Source of the DNA: a virus
IMG/VR virus record: IMGVR_UViG_3300032236_001180
Coordinates: 1-64,000 of that record
Length of the DNA: 64,000 bases
Strand: one strand, 5' to 3'
The notes below the pieces were generated by a model. The model ran no database searches. It saw nothing but the letters and a program-made list of their open reading frames with translations, and was not told the origin of the DNA. Position 1 is the first letter of the stretch. The number at the start of each line of letters is the position of its first letter. Positions 16,483 through 26,985 of this stretch are shown piece after piece. The position numbers and the translations under genes are program-made.

Positions 16483-17843
16483 TGAATGATATAAAATTAT
16501 GTGTATTTGATGTTGATGGTGTTTTGATTAATAGTAAAGTCTTACATTTCAACTCAACTGCAAAAGCACTTTTAGACTTTGGGTATAGATTTAATTTGAA
16601 AGAAGATGAGTCTTTTGGTACTATCCCTACAATTGAAAAACTTAAACTATTAGCAAACCAAGGAAAAATTAAAGATGAAGATATTCAAACTATTTGGAAC
16701 AATAAAGCAGAGTACCTAGAAGAACTTTTTGATAATAATATTTTAATTAATTTTAATATCAAAAAACTTTTTTCTTCTTTGAAAAATCAAGGTTACTATG
16801 TTGCTTTGGCGTCAAATGCACGATATAATTTTTTAAATAAAGTTGTAAAGAAATTGGATATTGAAAATGTTGTTGATTTAATTTTAAGTGCAGAAAATAT
16901 TCAACATAAACCTTCTCCTACAATTTATTTAAAAGCAATGTCTTATTTTGGGGCATCTCCATATGAGACAGTTGTGGTTGAAGATTCTGAAGTTGGAAAA
17001 CAGGCTGCATTTTATAGTGGAGCACATATTTATGATATTTCATCATATTCTGAATTAAATCTGGATTTTATTTCACATATTAAAACTATCACTAAACCAA
17101 AAATGCCTTATATTAATAAAAAATTAAATATTCTAATTCCAATGGCTGGAGAAGGATCTAGATTTCCAAGAGATATCTACAAAGTCCCTAAACCATTTAT
17201 TGACGTGAATGGAAAACCAATGATAAGAACAGTGGTTGAAAATTTAAATTGTCAATGTAATTTTATATTTTTGGCAAGAAAACAACATTTAGAAAATAGT
17301 AGTTTTCGTCATATCCTTGAAAATCTAACTGAAAGTTATGATATTGTTGAAGTTGATGGATTGACTGAAGGTGCTGCTTGTACAGCACTTCTTGCCGAAA
17401 AACTTATTAATAATCGGAATCCACTATTGATTGTGAATTCGGATAATGTAATTGAATGGGATAGTGTTTCTTCATTGAGTAATATTATTAATAGTGATAT
17501 TGATGGATCTGTATTTTGTTTTGAGGAACTTACTCAACATCCTAAATGGTCTTACGCAAAAGTTGGTGAAGATGGATTTATTAGTGAAGTGGCAGAAAAG
17601 AATCCAATTTCAATTTATGCAACAACTGGACATTATTATTGGAAACACGGAAAAGATTTTGTTTCTTCCGCACACAGTATGATAAGAAAAAATGTTCGCG
17701 TAAATAATGAGTTTTATGTTGCTCCAGTTTATAATGAAGCAATTCTTGAAGGCAAAAAATTTACTGTTGAATTGGTGGATAAAATGTGGGGATTGGGAGT
17801 TCCCGAAGATTTGAATTTTTATTTAGAAAATTACAAAAAATGA
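16479..17843 (+). CDS. HAD phosphatase fused to a sugar nucleotidyltransferase
   Basis: N-terminal FDVDGVL, KPSP, VVEDS; C-terminal IPMAGEGSRF, PKPFI, GLGVPED. Confidence 0.88.
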   Translation: MMNDIKLCVFDVDGVLINSKVLHFNSTAKALLDFGYRFNLKEDESFGTIPTIEKLKLLANQGKIKDEDIQTIWNNKAEYLEELFDNNILINFNIKKLFSSLKNQGYYVALASNARYNFLNKVVKKLDIENVVDLILSAENIQHKPSPTIYLKAMSYFGASPYETVVVEDSEVGKQAAFYSGAHIYDISSYSELNLDFISHIKTITKPKMPYINKKLNILIPMAGEGSRFPRDIYKVPKPFIDVNGKPMIRTVVENLNCQCNFIFLARKQHLENSSFRHILENLTESYDIVEVDGLTEGAACTALLAEKLINNRNPLLIVNSDNVIEWDSVSSLSNIINSDIDGSVFCFEELTQHPKWSYAKVGEDGFISEVAEKNPISIYATTGHYYWKHGKDFVSSAHSMIRKNVRVNNEFYVAPVYNEAILEGKKFTVELVDKMWGLGVPEDLNFYLENYKK

Positions 17844-18304
17844 AACTGATTGCACATCGTGGAAATATTGATGGACCTAATGTAACCGAAGAAAATAAAC
17901 CAGAATATATTGAAGAAGCAATTTTGCGAGGATTTGATGTAGAAATTGATATTCGTTATGATGTATTCGAAAATAATATATACCTTGGGCACGATGGACC
18001 ACAATATTTGATTGATTGGTATTGGTTGGGAAAGTATAGAGATAATTTGTGGATACATTGCAAAAATATTGAGGCACTTTTTCAATTTTCATACGCAACT
18101 AGTGGATTTAATTATTTCTGGCATCAAAATGATGATTATACTTTAACCAGTAGAAATTATATTTGGACTTATCCCGGAAAGTTCTATACACCAAAATCTG
18201 TAATTGTAATGCCAGAAACATATTTGTCCACGGATTTGAGTTCATTGATTGTTTATAATGCATATGGTATTTGTACTGACTATCCTAGTAAATTAAAAAA
18301 ATGA
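17840..18304 (+). CDS. Glycerophosphodiester phosphodiesterase-like protein
   Basis: IAHRG, EN, DVEIDI, LGHD, GICTDYP. Confidence 0.8.
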   Translation: MKLIAHRGNIDGPNVTEENKPEYIEEAILRGFDVEIDIRYDVFENNIYLGHDGPQYLIDWYWLGKYRDNLWIHCKNIEALFQFSYATSGFNYFWHQNDDYTLTSRNYIWTYPGKFYTPKSVIVMPETYLSTDLSSLIVYNAYGICTDYPSKLKK

Positions 18305-18984
18305 ATTCTGCATTTATTGAATTAAAAGAACATTACAATAATATTAATATTATTGATGTTGGTGCTGCTAGGGCAGCATTTTTATTTGAATTATCTAAAG
18401 TTTTTGAATTGAATAATGTATTTTCTATTGGAATAGATCCACTGAATCATGGTATATCAAATCAATATTCAAAATTTTTAAATGTGTGTGTTGATAATAT
18501 ACCAAGAAAAACAGAAGAAACTAAAACTTTCTATGTGAATTCAATAGACCAGGCAAGTTCTTTGTGTATAATTACTGCTGATAATCTTTCTTCCGAAAAG
18601 AAAAAAGGTAAGGTATATTATACTGATGATATCATTAAAAAACTCACAAATATTGTTGATGCTATTGATGTTAAGGTTTTAAACTTAAGTGATATAATTG
18701 ACCAAGAAATTGATGGCATTATTCATTTCATAAAGATTGATGCCGAAGGAAAAGATATGGATATTGTAAAATCTTTGGAACCAAATTTTTATAGAATTAA
18801 ATATATCTCCATAGAATGTACCAATGAAATACCTAGATTTGAAGGTGAGGTAAATAGAAAGGAGTTTATTGAATACTTTGAAAAAAATAATTTTAAAGTA
18901 TTTGATTTAATTGATTATGAATTTGAGAATAATAATGGTACTCAAATGAGTGATATTGTATTTGTAAATCAAAAAAAATTATGA
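18301..18984 (+). CDS. FkbM-family methyltransferase
   Basis: IDVGA, IKIDAEGKD, SDIVFV. Confidence 0.8.
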   Translation: MNSAFIELKEHYNNINIIDVGAARAAFLFELSKVFELNNVFSIGIDPLNHGISNQYSKFLNVCVDNIPRKTEETKTFYVNSIDQASSLCIITADNLSSEKKKGKVYYTDDIIKKLTNIVDAIDVKVLNLSDIIDQEIDGIIHFIKIDAEGKDMDIVKSLEPNFYRIKYISIECTNEIPRFEGEVNRKEFIEYFEKNNFKVFDLIDYEFENNNGTQMSDIVFVNQKKL

Positions 18985-19721
18985 AAATAGCACTATGTTT
19001 ATCGGGACAACCAAGAGTTGTTGATATTGGATTTCAAAAGTTAAGTCAATCTATATTACAACACAACGATGTTGATGTATTCATTCATACTTGGTTTGAA
19101 CCAGAAAACTTAAATATTAATTCTGTTATTCCAGGAAAAGAACTTCGTATAATTGAATCAAATACAATTGATAAACTAACAAATTATTATAATCCAAAAA
19201 AAATATTAGTAGAAAAACCAAAAACTTGGAAAAGAAAATATCATTTTCCAGATAAAGTTTTTACACACGCACTTACTTGGGCACTTGAAGTTAAAGGTGG
19301 AATTGAGATTGCAAAAGATGAAATTTGTAATACTACAAATAGTATGTACTATAGCATTATGATGTCCAATCTTTTGAAAGAACAATATTCAATTGAAAAT
19401 GGAATTGAATATGATTTGATAATTAGAAATAGACTCGATTATTCTCCGCACGTTATTTTGAAATTTGATGATTTAGTTATTGGTGACAATGTTGTTGCTT
19501 ATCAGAATTTAAATCAACCAGATGGTATGATTGCTGATTGGTTTGCTATGGGAACCACAAATGCAATGAATGTATATTGCGGACTGTATAATCATATTGG
19601 ACAGTTAATAAAACAATCTAATGAAATTGATGGGTATTGGTGTAATGAACTTTTATTGAAACATCACCTTCAAAATAATTCTATAATTACTCAACCTGTA
19701 GATTTCCAAGTACATTATTGA
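18981..19721 (+). CDS. Probable glycan-modifying/glycosyltransferase-like protein
   Basis: MKIALCLSGQPR, DVFIHTW, YDLIIRNRLD; gene context. Confidence 0.55.
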   Translation: MKIALCLSGQPRVVDIGFQKLSQSILQHNDVDVFIHTWFEPENLNINSVIPGKELRIIESNTIDKLTNYYNPKKILVEKPKTWKRKYHFPDKVFTHALTWALEVKGGIEIAKDEICNTTNSMYYSIMMSNLLKEQYSIENGIEYDLIIRNRLDYSPHVILKFDDLVIGDNVVAYQNLNQPDGMIADWFAMGTTNAMNVYCGLYNHIGQLIKQSNEIDGYWCNELLLKHHLQNNSIITQPVDFQVHY

Positions 19722-19722
19722 T

Positions 19723-20640
19723 ATGAAAAATATTATTTTGTGGGGTCCTCTGTATGGTGAGAACACTCATTCTTACATTTATTGGGGTTTGAAAAGGGCA
19801 TTTGAATATCTTGGATGTTCTGTTTATTGGTTTAGTGATAATTCTTATCCTCAAGATTTTGATTATAAAAATTCCGTCTTTATTGTAGATAATCAAGGAC
19901 TTACAGATAGAAATTGTCCAGTTTTGGAAAGTGGAATTTATTTTTCTTATGATACGTTTAAAAATAATAAGTATTTAAATAGAGTTAAATCTCTTATTAA
20001 CTTTAGAGTTGCAGAATATAAGCAACAATTTATTCAAAATGAAAGATATTATGAAATAGAAAAGGGTGTAATGTTTGATACTCAAACAGAAGAAAATTAT
20101 AATGTAGTTCATTTTGCTTGGGCAACCAATCTTCTTCCTAATGAAATTGATTTAAATAATGCATCAAAAGAAAGATTGAATGAATATAATTTTGTAGGGA
20201 CAATTCATTGTCCTAGAGTCGGTGCTCCGCCATTACATCAGGATTTTATTGAAATAGTAAAAAGAAATAATATTCAATTTAATCATTATGATCCACAGAA
20301 AGTTTTTACTTCAGAAGATGATAATATTAGATATATGCAAAATTCTTTCTTTGTTCCAGATTTTAGACCACAAGAACAGAAAGATAATTTATATGTTCCC
20401 TGCCGTGTTTTGAAAGCAATTAGTTATGGGTGTCTTTCTGTTTCCGATGCACCATACTTGAAGGATTTTATTGATAATTCTTTGTTGGTATCTGAAGATG
20501 CTGAAGAAATATTTGACTTAGGAATGAAAAACCAGTATAATAAAGAACTGATATTGCATCAAATGGAAATAGTAAAAAGAGATCATACTTATGTCAATAG
20601 ATGTAAAGGTCTTTTGAAAATTATAGAAAAGATTGGGTAG
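19723..20640 (+). CDS. Probable GT-B glycosyltransferase
   Basis: FVGT, YVPCRVLKAISYG, HTYVNR C-terminal motif. Confidence 0.6.
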   Translation: MKNIILWGPLYGENTHSYIYWGLKRAFEYLGCSVYWFSDNSYPQDFDYKNSVFIVDNQGLTDRNCPVLESGIYFSYDTFKNNKYLNRVKSLINFRVAEYKQQFIQNERYYEIEKGVMFDTQTEENYNVVHFAWATNLLPNEIDLNNASKERLNEYNFVGTIHCPRVGAPPLHQDFIEIVKRNNIQFNHYDPQKVFTSEDDNIRYMQNSFFVPDFRPQEQKDNLYVPCRVLKAISYGCLSVSDAPYLKDFIDNSLLVSEDAEEIFDLGMKNQYNKELILHQMEIVKRDHTYVNRCKGLLKIIEKIG

Positions 20641-20646
20641 AAACTT

Positions 20647-22146
20647 ATGGCTGAAACATTAGAAGAGCATCTTAATTCCACAAAAACAGAATGGGAAAAT
20701 AATGACTATTTTAAAAAAGTCATAAATTTTCTTAAAGATAAAGATATAAAAACAACATTAGATGTTGGTGGTTGTACAGGTGAAGTTACAAATATTTTAA
20801 TTCAAAATATTCCTTCTCTCGATAATGCAATTATAATTGAACCAGTTTCTGATAATTATAACTTTATTTTGAATAATGTTAAATCAGAAAAGGCAAATGT
20901 TGAAGTTATCAATAAAGCACTATTTTATGGACAAGAATTCATCAGCTTGGGATTAAATCAATTTAATGTTGGTGGTTATAGTGCAAAATGGGGAAATTAT
21001 TTTAGCAATATACCTACTATTACAATTGAAAATATTTTGGAGAAATATGCAATTGATTTTATTAAAATGGATATTGAGGGATCTGAACGAAATGTAATTT
21101 CAAGTTCAGAAAAACTTCGTAATATTAAATATCTTGAAATTGAATTTCACGATGAACTCTTTCATCCAGACATATGGAAACCTTTTGTTGAAAAATATTT
21201 ACCAAATCATCAAGTTCAATTTGATAATACCCATCTTATGGATGAGGGAAGTTGCTGTTCAAATGCTTTTTTTTGTGAGAAAAAAATGAAAAAAATAACT
21301 ATTCTTGGATCTAGTGGTCAGATCGGCGCGTATCTCACAGAATATCTACGTGAGAAAGGTCATGTGATTGAAGAGTTTGATATAGTGAATGGATCTTCAC
21401 AAGATTTGACTGTGATTCCCAATCAATATCTTGAAATAAAAATTAGAGAGTCTGATTTTGTATTTTTTCTTGCATTTGATGTTGGTGGTTCTCGTTATCT
21501 GAAAAAGTATCAACATACTTTTGATTTTATTAATAATAATACTAGATTGATGACAAATGTTTTTGGATTATTGGAAAAATATAAAAAACCATTTGTATTT
21601 GCTTCCTCCCAAATGAGTAATATGAGCTATTCTCCATATGGTGTCCTTAAAAATGTTGGAGAACTTTATACTAAATCTCTTGGAGGTTTAATTGTAAAAT
21701 TTTGGAATGTTTATGGTATTGAAAAGGATCACGAAAAAGCACACGCAATCACTGACTTTATTCGTAAAGGATTTGAAACTGGCGTAATTGATATGCTCAC
21801 AGATGGGCAAGAAGAACGTGATTTTCTTTATGCGGAAGATTGTTGTGAAGCACTAGAAACTATAATGAATAATTATAAAGAGTTTCGTTCTGATGATGAT
21901 CTCCATATTACAAGTTTTAGATATACCAAGATTATTGATATTGCTGAAATAATTAAAGGGCAATTTAATTTGATTGGTAAATATGATATTAAAATTTTAC
22001 CATCCAAAGAAACAGATAATATACAATTAAATAAAAAAAATCAGGCAAATACCTTCATTACAAAATGGTGGTTGCCCAAAACAACAATAGACCAAGGAAT
22101 TTCAAAAGTTTTTAAAGATATGGAGAAAAATTATGTTAGCGTGTAA
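20647..22146 (+). CDS. FkbM methyltransferase fused in frame to an NAD-dependent epimerase/dehydratase
   Basis: LDVGG, IKMDIEGSE; second domain starts MKKITILGSSGQIG at 21286, with YGVLK. Confidence 0.75.
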   Translation: MAETLEEHLNSTKTEWENNDYFKKVINFLKDKDIKTTLDVGGCTGEVTNILIQNIPSLDNAIIIEPVSDNYNFILNNVKSEKANVEVINKALFYGQEFISLGLNQFNVGGYSAKWGNYFSNIPTITIENILEKYAIDFIKMDIEGSERNVISSSEKLRNIKYLEIEFHDELFHPDIWKPFVEKYLPNHQVQFDNTHLMDEGSCCSNAFFCEKKMKKITILGSSGQIGAYLTEYLREKGHVIEEFDIVNGSSQDLTVIPNQYLEIKIRESDFVFFLAFDVGGSRYLKKYQHTFDFINNNTRLMTNVFGLLEKYKKPFVFASSQMSNMSYSPYGVLKNVGELYTKSLGGLIVKFWNVYGIEKDHEKAHAITDFIRKGFETGVIDMLTDGQEERDFLYAEDCCEALETIMNNYKEFRSDDDLHITSFRYTKIIDIAEIIKGQFNLIGKYDIKILPSKETDNIQLNKKNQANTFITKWWLPKTTIDQGISKVFKDMEKNYVSV

Positions 22147-22975
22147 TCAACTTGGGAATAATGGAAGACTTGGAAATCAAATGTTCCAGTATGCTGCACT
22201 AAAAGGAATCGCATATCGTAGAGGGTTTGATTATTGTATTCCGCCATTTAATCAACAAGGAATTGATAATTATGGACTTGGCGATGCTTTTGATATTAAA
22301 TGTTTTACTGGTATAGCAAATCTTCCATCAGTCGGGGAACCTCATTTTCATTATAGTGAAGAATTTCACAATACTTGTCCAGATGATGTTACACTTGTTG
22401 GGTATTTTCAAACTGAAAAATATTTCAAAGATATTGAAGATCAAATTCGTAAAGATTTTATTTTTAAAGATGAATGGTTAGAACCCTGTAAGGGGTTTCT
22501 TCAAGAGTTTGGAGGGCAAGAGATCGCTTTTCTTCACGTTCGTCGTGGAGATCCAAATCTAGTGGATCGTAGGGGATTTAAATGGGCATATGTGAATTGT
22601 TCTGATCAACATCCTGTTCAACCTTTGGAATATTATGAGGAAGCAATCAAGAGATTGCCCAAAGATATGCCGATACTTGTTTTCTCTGATTCAATTGAAT
22701 GGTGTAAAGAACAAGAATTTTTTCAACCAGATAGATTTTTATTTTCAGAACCAGAAGACAAATATTCAGATGGCGCTTTGGTTCCTTATGTGGATTTGTG
22801 CTTGATGTCTTTGTGTGATCATGCTATAATTGCTAATAGCAGTATGAGTTGGTGGGGTGCTTGGTTGATGAAAAATCCAAATAAAAAAGTAATTGCTCCA
22901 AAAATGTGGTTTGGAACAGCATATTCCCAACACAATACAAAAGACATTTATTGTCATAATTGGGAGATTATTTGA
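22133..22975 (+). CDS. GT11 alpha-1,2-fucosyltransferase-like protein
   Basis: GRLGNQMFQYA, GYFQ, HVRRGD, IIANSSMSWWGA. Confidence 0.92.
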   Translation: MLACNQLGNNGRLGNQMFQYAALKGIAYRRGFDYCIPPFNQQGIDNYGLGDAFDIKCFTGIANLPSVGEPHFHYSEEFHNTCPDDVTLVGYFQTEKYFKDIEDQIRKDFIFKDEWLEPCKGFLQEFGGQEIAFLHVRRGDPNLVDRRGFKWAYVNCSDQHPVQPLEYYEEAIKRLPKDMPILVFSDSIEWCKEQEFFQPDRFLFSEPEDKYSDGALVPYVDLCLMSLCDHAIIANSSMSWWGAWLMKNPNKKVIAPKMWFGTAYSQHNTKDIYCHNWEII

Positions 22976-23799
22976 TGATTTATATTTCTGGATCTAATGG
23001 ATTGATTGGAACAGGATTAAAACAAAATATTCAAAACTATATTCCGATCTCTTATAGAAATCAATGTCCAGAAATAGATTTTTTACCAAATTCCATATTG
23101 ATTCATTTGTCTTCATCAACTACTCCAAGAAATAATTTTGACGAATTAGAATCTTCATTTAATAGTGATGTTCTAATTCCTTTTAAAATGTTTCAAAATT
23201 ATTTAAAAGTAAATCCAAATGGAAGAATTATTTTTCTTTCCACTGCTGGAGATTTGCATAGTTCTAAATTTGATATTTGGTCTAATGAAAAATCGGAACC
23301 TATTCCAAAGTCAATTTATGGAACACATAAATTACTTTTAGAACATTACACAAGGTTACTTCATAGTCAATATGATTTCACGAGTATAATTTTAAGAACT
23401 ACAAATGTTTATGGCGGAAAGATTGACCCAAAAAGAGTTAATGGATTGATTGATAAATTGATTTGTAATAATAAAATTGTGATAACATCAAATATTAAAA
23501 CAACAGTTAATTTTATTCACATTAGCGATCTGATTAATTTAATTTTACAAGCATTAGATGTGGATCTTGAAGGATTTAATTTATTTTTAGTTGGTGGCGA
23601 AGAATCTATTTCCATTCAAGATTTGATTAAAAAAATATCAATATACATTTCTCCAAATATTGTATTTGAAAATGAAAATTCAATTCCTTCATACATAAAC
23701 ATAGACACCTCAAAGGTGCAAAAATATTTCAATTGGAAATGTAAATATTCAATTGATAGTGGTATAATCAAACAAGTAAAATCTTTGAATTCTTTATGA
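22975..23799 (+). CDS. NAD-dependent epimerase/dehydratase
   Basis: ISGSNGLIG, YGTHK, LRTTNVYG. Confidence 0.82.
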   Translation: MIYISGSNGLIGTGLKQNIQNYIPISYRNQCPEIDFLPNSILIHLSSSTTPRNNFDELESSFNSDVLIPFKMFQNYLKVNPNGRIIFLSTAGDLHSSKFDIWSNEKSEPIPKSIYGTHKLLLEHYTRLLHSQYDFTSIILRTTNVYGGKIDPKRVNGLIDKLICNNKIVITSNIKTTVNFIHISDLINLILQALDVDLEGFNLFLVGGEESISIQDLIKKISIYISPNIVFENENSIPSYINIDTSKVQKYFNWKCKYSIDSGIIKQVKSLNSL

Positions 23800-24515
23800 A
23801 AATTGCTATTTCATTTTTCGGGACAGGAAATTATTTAAATTTTCTTCCAAATTGGTATGTGTCGATTCACAATAATTTTATTCCTGGTGTAGAAAAAAAG
23901 TTTATTGTATTTACAGATGGGGAAGGTGATTTTCCCGAAGATGTCACTAAAATAGAAATAGAACATTTTGGGTGGCCTGATGTTTTCTATAAGACATTTG
24001 AAACAATCTTAAAAGCAAAGGAAATTATTTCTGAATGTGATTGGTTTGTTTCTATTGATGCAGATATGATCGTTAACGGTAAAGTATCTATTGAAGAATT
24101 TATTGACGAATCCAAAGATTATATTGGAGTTCATCATCCGTGTGCTTATTTGAAACTTCAACCACACGATAAATATCCAGGATCTTTTGATATAAATCCA
24201 TTATCAAATGCTTGCATTACTGAGGATATGGACACTTCTGTTTATTATCAAGGATGTTTGTGGGGTGGAAAGGTTCCTCAAATTCTTCAAATGATGGAAC
24301 TCTTAGATGAATGGACAAAGGAAGATATTAAAAAAAATTCCATTCCTGTTTGGTATGAAGAATCTTATTTTAATAAATTTTTTATTGTAAACAAAGAAAG
24401 AGTGCATACGCTTCCTCCATCATTTGCTTATCCAGAAGACTATAAACAATATTGTGATTTTGAAGAAAAAATCATACACGTATCTAAAAATAATCAACAA
24501 TATCATAATCAATGA
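23796..24515 (+). CDS. GT6-family (ABO/alpha-1,3-Gal-transferase-like) glycosyltransferase
   Basis: GTGNY, VFTD, GWP, IDAD, HP, YYQGCLWGG, WYEESYFNK. Confidence 0.85.
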   Translation: MKIAISFFGTGNYLNFLPNWYVSIHNNFIPGVEKKFIVFTDGEGDFPEDVTKIEIEHFGWPDVFYKTFETILKAKEIISECDWFVSIDADMIVNGKVSIEEFIDESKDYIGVHHPCAYLKLQPHDKYPGSFDINPLSNACITEDMDTSVYYQGCLWGGKVPQILQMMELLDEWTKEDIKKNSIPVWYEESYFNKFFIVNKERVHTLPPSFAYPEDYKQYCDFEEKIIHVSKNNQQYHNQ

Positions 24516-25294
24516 CTATGACTAAAAAATTATCAGTTTATTATCATATTTGGAGTCCTGGTGGAACGGATCTTTGGAAATTGATGGTAGATGAACAACT
24601 TAAAAGAATTTATCGTAATGGACTTGTAGATAATGCTTCAATCTATTGCGCTATCAATGGACCACAAGCAAACCGAATTGCTGAGTATGTTTCTATCTAT
24701 GATTGGTTGAATGTTCTTGATGTTTCAATTGATGAGAGCGAGTATGAAGGATTTACTTTAAAAAAAGCATATGAAGAAGCACATTTTAATCCAGATTTGA
24801 AAGCAGTTGCCTATCTTCACACAAAAGGTATAAGTCATATGTGTGGAGTTCGTGATCACTATTCTGATCGTAAATTCAGAGCAGTGAATAGTTGGAGGCA
24901 TCAAATGGAATGGGGTATTCTTGATCGGTGGAAAGAAGCAGTGGAGAAACTTGACGAATATCAAGTTTCTGGTGTAAACTATTGTTTAGATCCTTGGCCT
25001 CATATGAGCGGAAACTTTTGGTGGGCACGAGCAGATTATCTTAAAACTTTAATTCATCCCACAAGAGATAGATTTCCAAACGATAATAGAGATTTTGGAC
25101 CAATTCAAAGAATGAATTTTGAGAAATGGATTGGACTGAATAATCCAAAATGTTTTAGTTTTTATGATGCCCCATTTAGTTATGATTTTAAAGGATTAAC
25201 CCCAGACGTACAACCAACCCCACCCGGAGAACCCCATTGGTTCTGGTTATACCGAGACGATATTGAACCCTATTATAGAAAGGAAGGTAATTGA
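24512..25294 (+). CDS. Hypothetical glycan-cluster protein (probable glycosyltransferase)
   Basis: YEGFTL, YLHTKG, HMSGNFWWA motifs; gene context. Confidence 0.55.
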   Translation: MTMTKKLSVYYHIWSPGGTDLWKLMVDEQLKRIYRNGLVDNASIYCAINGPQANRIAEYVSIYDWLNVLDVSIDESEYEGFTLKKAYEEAHFNPDLKAVAYLHTKGISHMCGVRDHYSDRKFRAVNSWRHQMEWGILDRWKEAVEKLDEYQVSGVNYCLDPWPHMSGNFWWARADYLKTLIHPTRDRFPNDNRDFGPIQRMNFEKWIGLNNPKCFSFYDAPFSYDFKGLTPDVQPTPPGEPHWFWLYRDDIEPYYRKEGN

Positions 25295-25295
25295 T

Positions 25296-26018
25296 ATGAC
25301 TTTTGGGTGCTTTCATACAGTGTATGAAAATAAAAGAGCAACAGAGTTTATTTTACAAGAGTTTAGAAAATTTTATCCAGATGCTCCTTATACTTTAATT
25401 TGTGACGGTGGAGTAGATTATTCTGACCTAGCAAAAAAATATAACTGCAAATATGTTCATTCTTATATGCGTATTGGTAGAAGAAATTGGGGAGATCCTT
25501 CTGGCATTTATGGATTCACAAAAGATGAAAGTCTTCATTGGATTCATCATTTTCGTGAAGCGGCACTTCACGTTAGAGAAAATGGTGGAACTCATATGAT
25601 TATGATGGAAGATGATGTTCTCACGCAAGGAGAAGTTAAAATCGATCCTTCTTGGGAATGCGCTGGATTTGATGTTCCTGGAAATAAAATTGAAACAAGT
25701 CTTTTGGATTATATTAAAGACAAATATGGCGCAAAACCAAATGTAGATTGGTATGGTGCCGGCGGTGGAAGTATCTATAATATTGACACCTTTTTAGACA
25801 ATTATCATAAAATTTATGATTTTATTGATTTTGAATTTGATTATATTTTAGAAAATCTAGATTATAGATTTGGTTGGTTGGATCTTTATATGCAAATTGC
25901 TTATTTTATTTGTGGTAAAGATTATACGATTAATACTAATTTGACTGAAACTTGGAAAACGCCAGATTTTAGGAATTCAAATTATTCACTTGTTCACGCA
26001 TACAAAGAACTTTATTGA
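25296..26018 (+). CDS. Probable GT-A glycosyltransferase
   Basis: ICDGG, MMEDDV; gene context. Confidence 0.55.
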   Translation: MTFGCFHTVYENKRATEFILQEFRKFYPDAPYTLICDGGVDYSDLAKKYNCKYVHSYMRIGRRNWGDPSGIYGFTKDESLHWIHHFREAALHVRENGGTHMIMMEDDVLTQGEVKIDPSWECAGFDVPGNKIETSLLDYIKDKYGAKPNVDWYGAGGGSIYNIDTFLDNYHKIYDFIDFEFDYILENLDYRFGWLDLYMQIAYFICGKDYTINTNLTETWKTPDFRNSNYSLVHAYKELY

Positions 26019-26019
26019 T

Positions 26020-26985
26020 ATGAATGTTGCTCTAATTGGTCCTGGGATTATGCCCATTCCTCCCGATGGATGGGGTGCAGTTGAAAGTTTAATTTGGGAT
26101 TATGCTCTTGAACTTGATAAGTTAGGGCATACTGGCACAATCATTAATACCCCAAATTGGAATGAGATTTTAAATTATTTGAAGCAAGATAAGTATGATT
26201 TTGCTCATCTCCATTATGATGTCTTTCACGAAATTTTAGATCTTATTCCAGACATTCCTAAAATTGCTTTGAGTAGTCATTATCCATATATTGACCAACC
26301 TTATATGCATCGTAGAGATGGATATGATAAAACTTTTGATTTTATTATTAAAAATAAAAAATATTATATCTTTTGTATCTCTAAAAAAGATTATCAAACT
26401 TTCAAAAATGCTGGTGCTGATGAAAGCAAATTGCTTCTTTCTGAAAATGGTGCAAATCACGAAACCTTTACTTATTCCAAAGAACCAATAAAAGCAAATC
26501 GTTCATTGTACCTAGGGCAGATTTATCATCGTAAAAAGCAATGGTTATATCAATCTATTGATTGTATTGATTTTGTCGGAAAAGATAGTAAATCTACTCC
26601 CTTTGATGCGTCTATCAATTATCTTGGAGAATGGACAGATGAATATAAGAAGCAACATTTGACTGATTATGGGAATCTTGTTCTTCTTTCTGATGGAGAA
26701 AATGGGACACCATTAGTCGTAAAAGAAGCACTGATTAATGGTCTTGGTGTTGTGATCTCTAAATATGCAGCACACGATGTAGATACTTCTCTTCCTTTTA
26801 TTAGTTTAATTGATGATGATAAACTGGAAGATATTGATTATGTAAAGAATAAAATTGAAGAAAATCGTCAAGCATCTTTACCTATTCGTGATGAAATTCG
26901 TGACTATGCTATGGAAAATTTTTCTTGGGAAAAACTAGTAAAACTTTATATTCAAAATATTGAAAAGATGGAGACCATTCAATGA
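26020..26985 (+). CDS. GT4-like glycosyltransferase
   Basis: PPDGWGAVE, LLSDGENGTPLVVKEAL, FSWE. Confidence 0.85.
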   Translation: MNVALIGPGIMPIPPDGWGAVESLIWDYALELDKLGHTGTIINTPNWNEILNYLKQDKYDFAHLHYDVFHEILDLIPDIPKIALSSHYPYIDQPYMHRRDGYDKTFDFIIKNKKYYIFCISKKDYQTFKNAGADESKLLLSENGANHETFTYSKEPIKANRSLYLGQIYHRKKQWLYQSIDCIDFVGKDSKSTPFDASINYLGEWTDEYKKQHLTDYGNLVLLSDGENGTPLVVKEALINGLGVVISKYAAHDVDTSLPFISLIDDDKLEDIDYVKNKIEENRQASLPIRDEIRDYAMENFSWEKLVKLYIQNIEKMETIQ

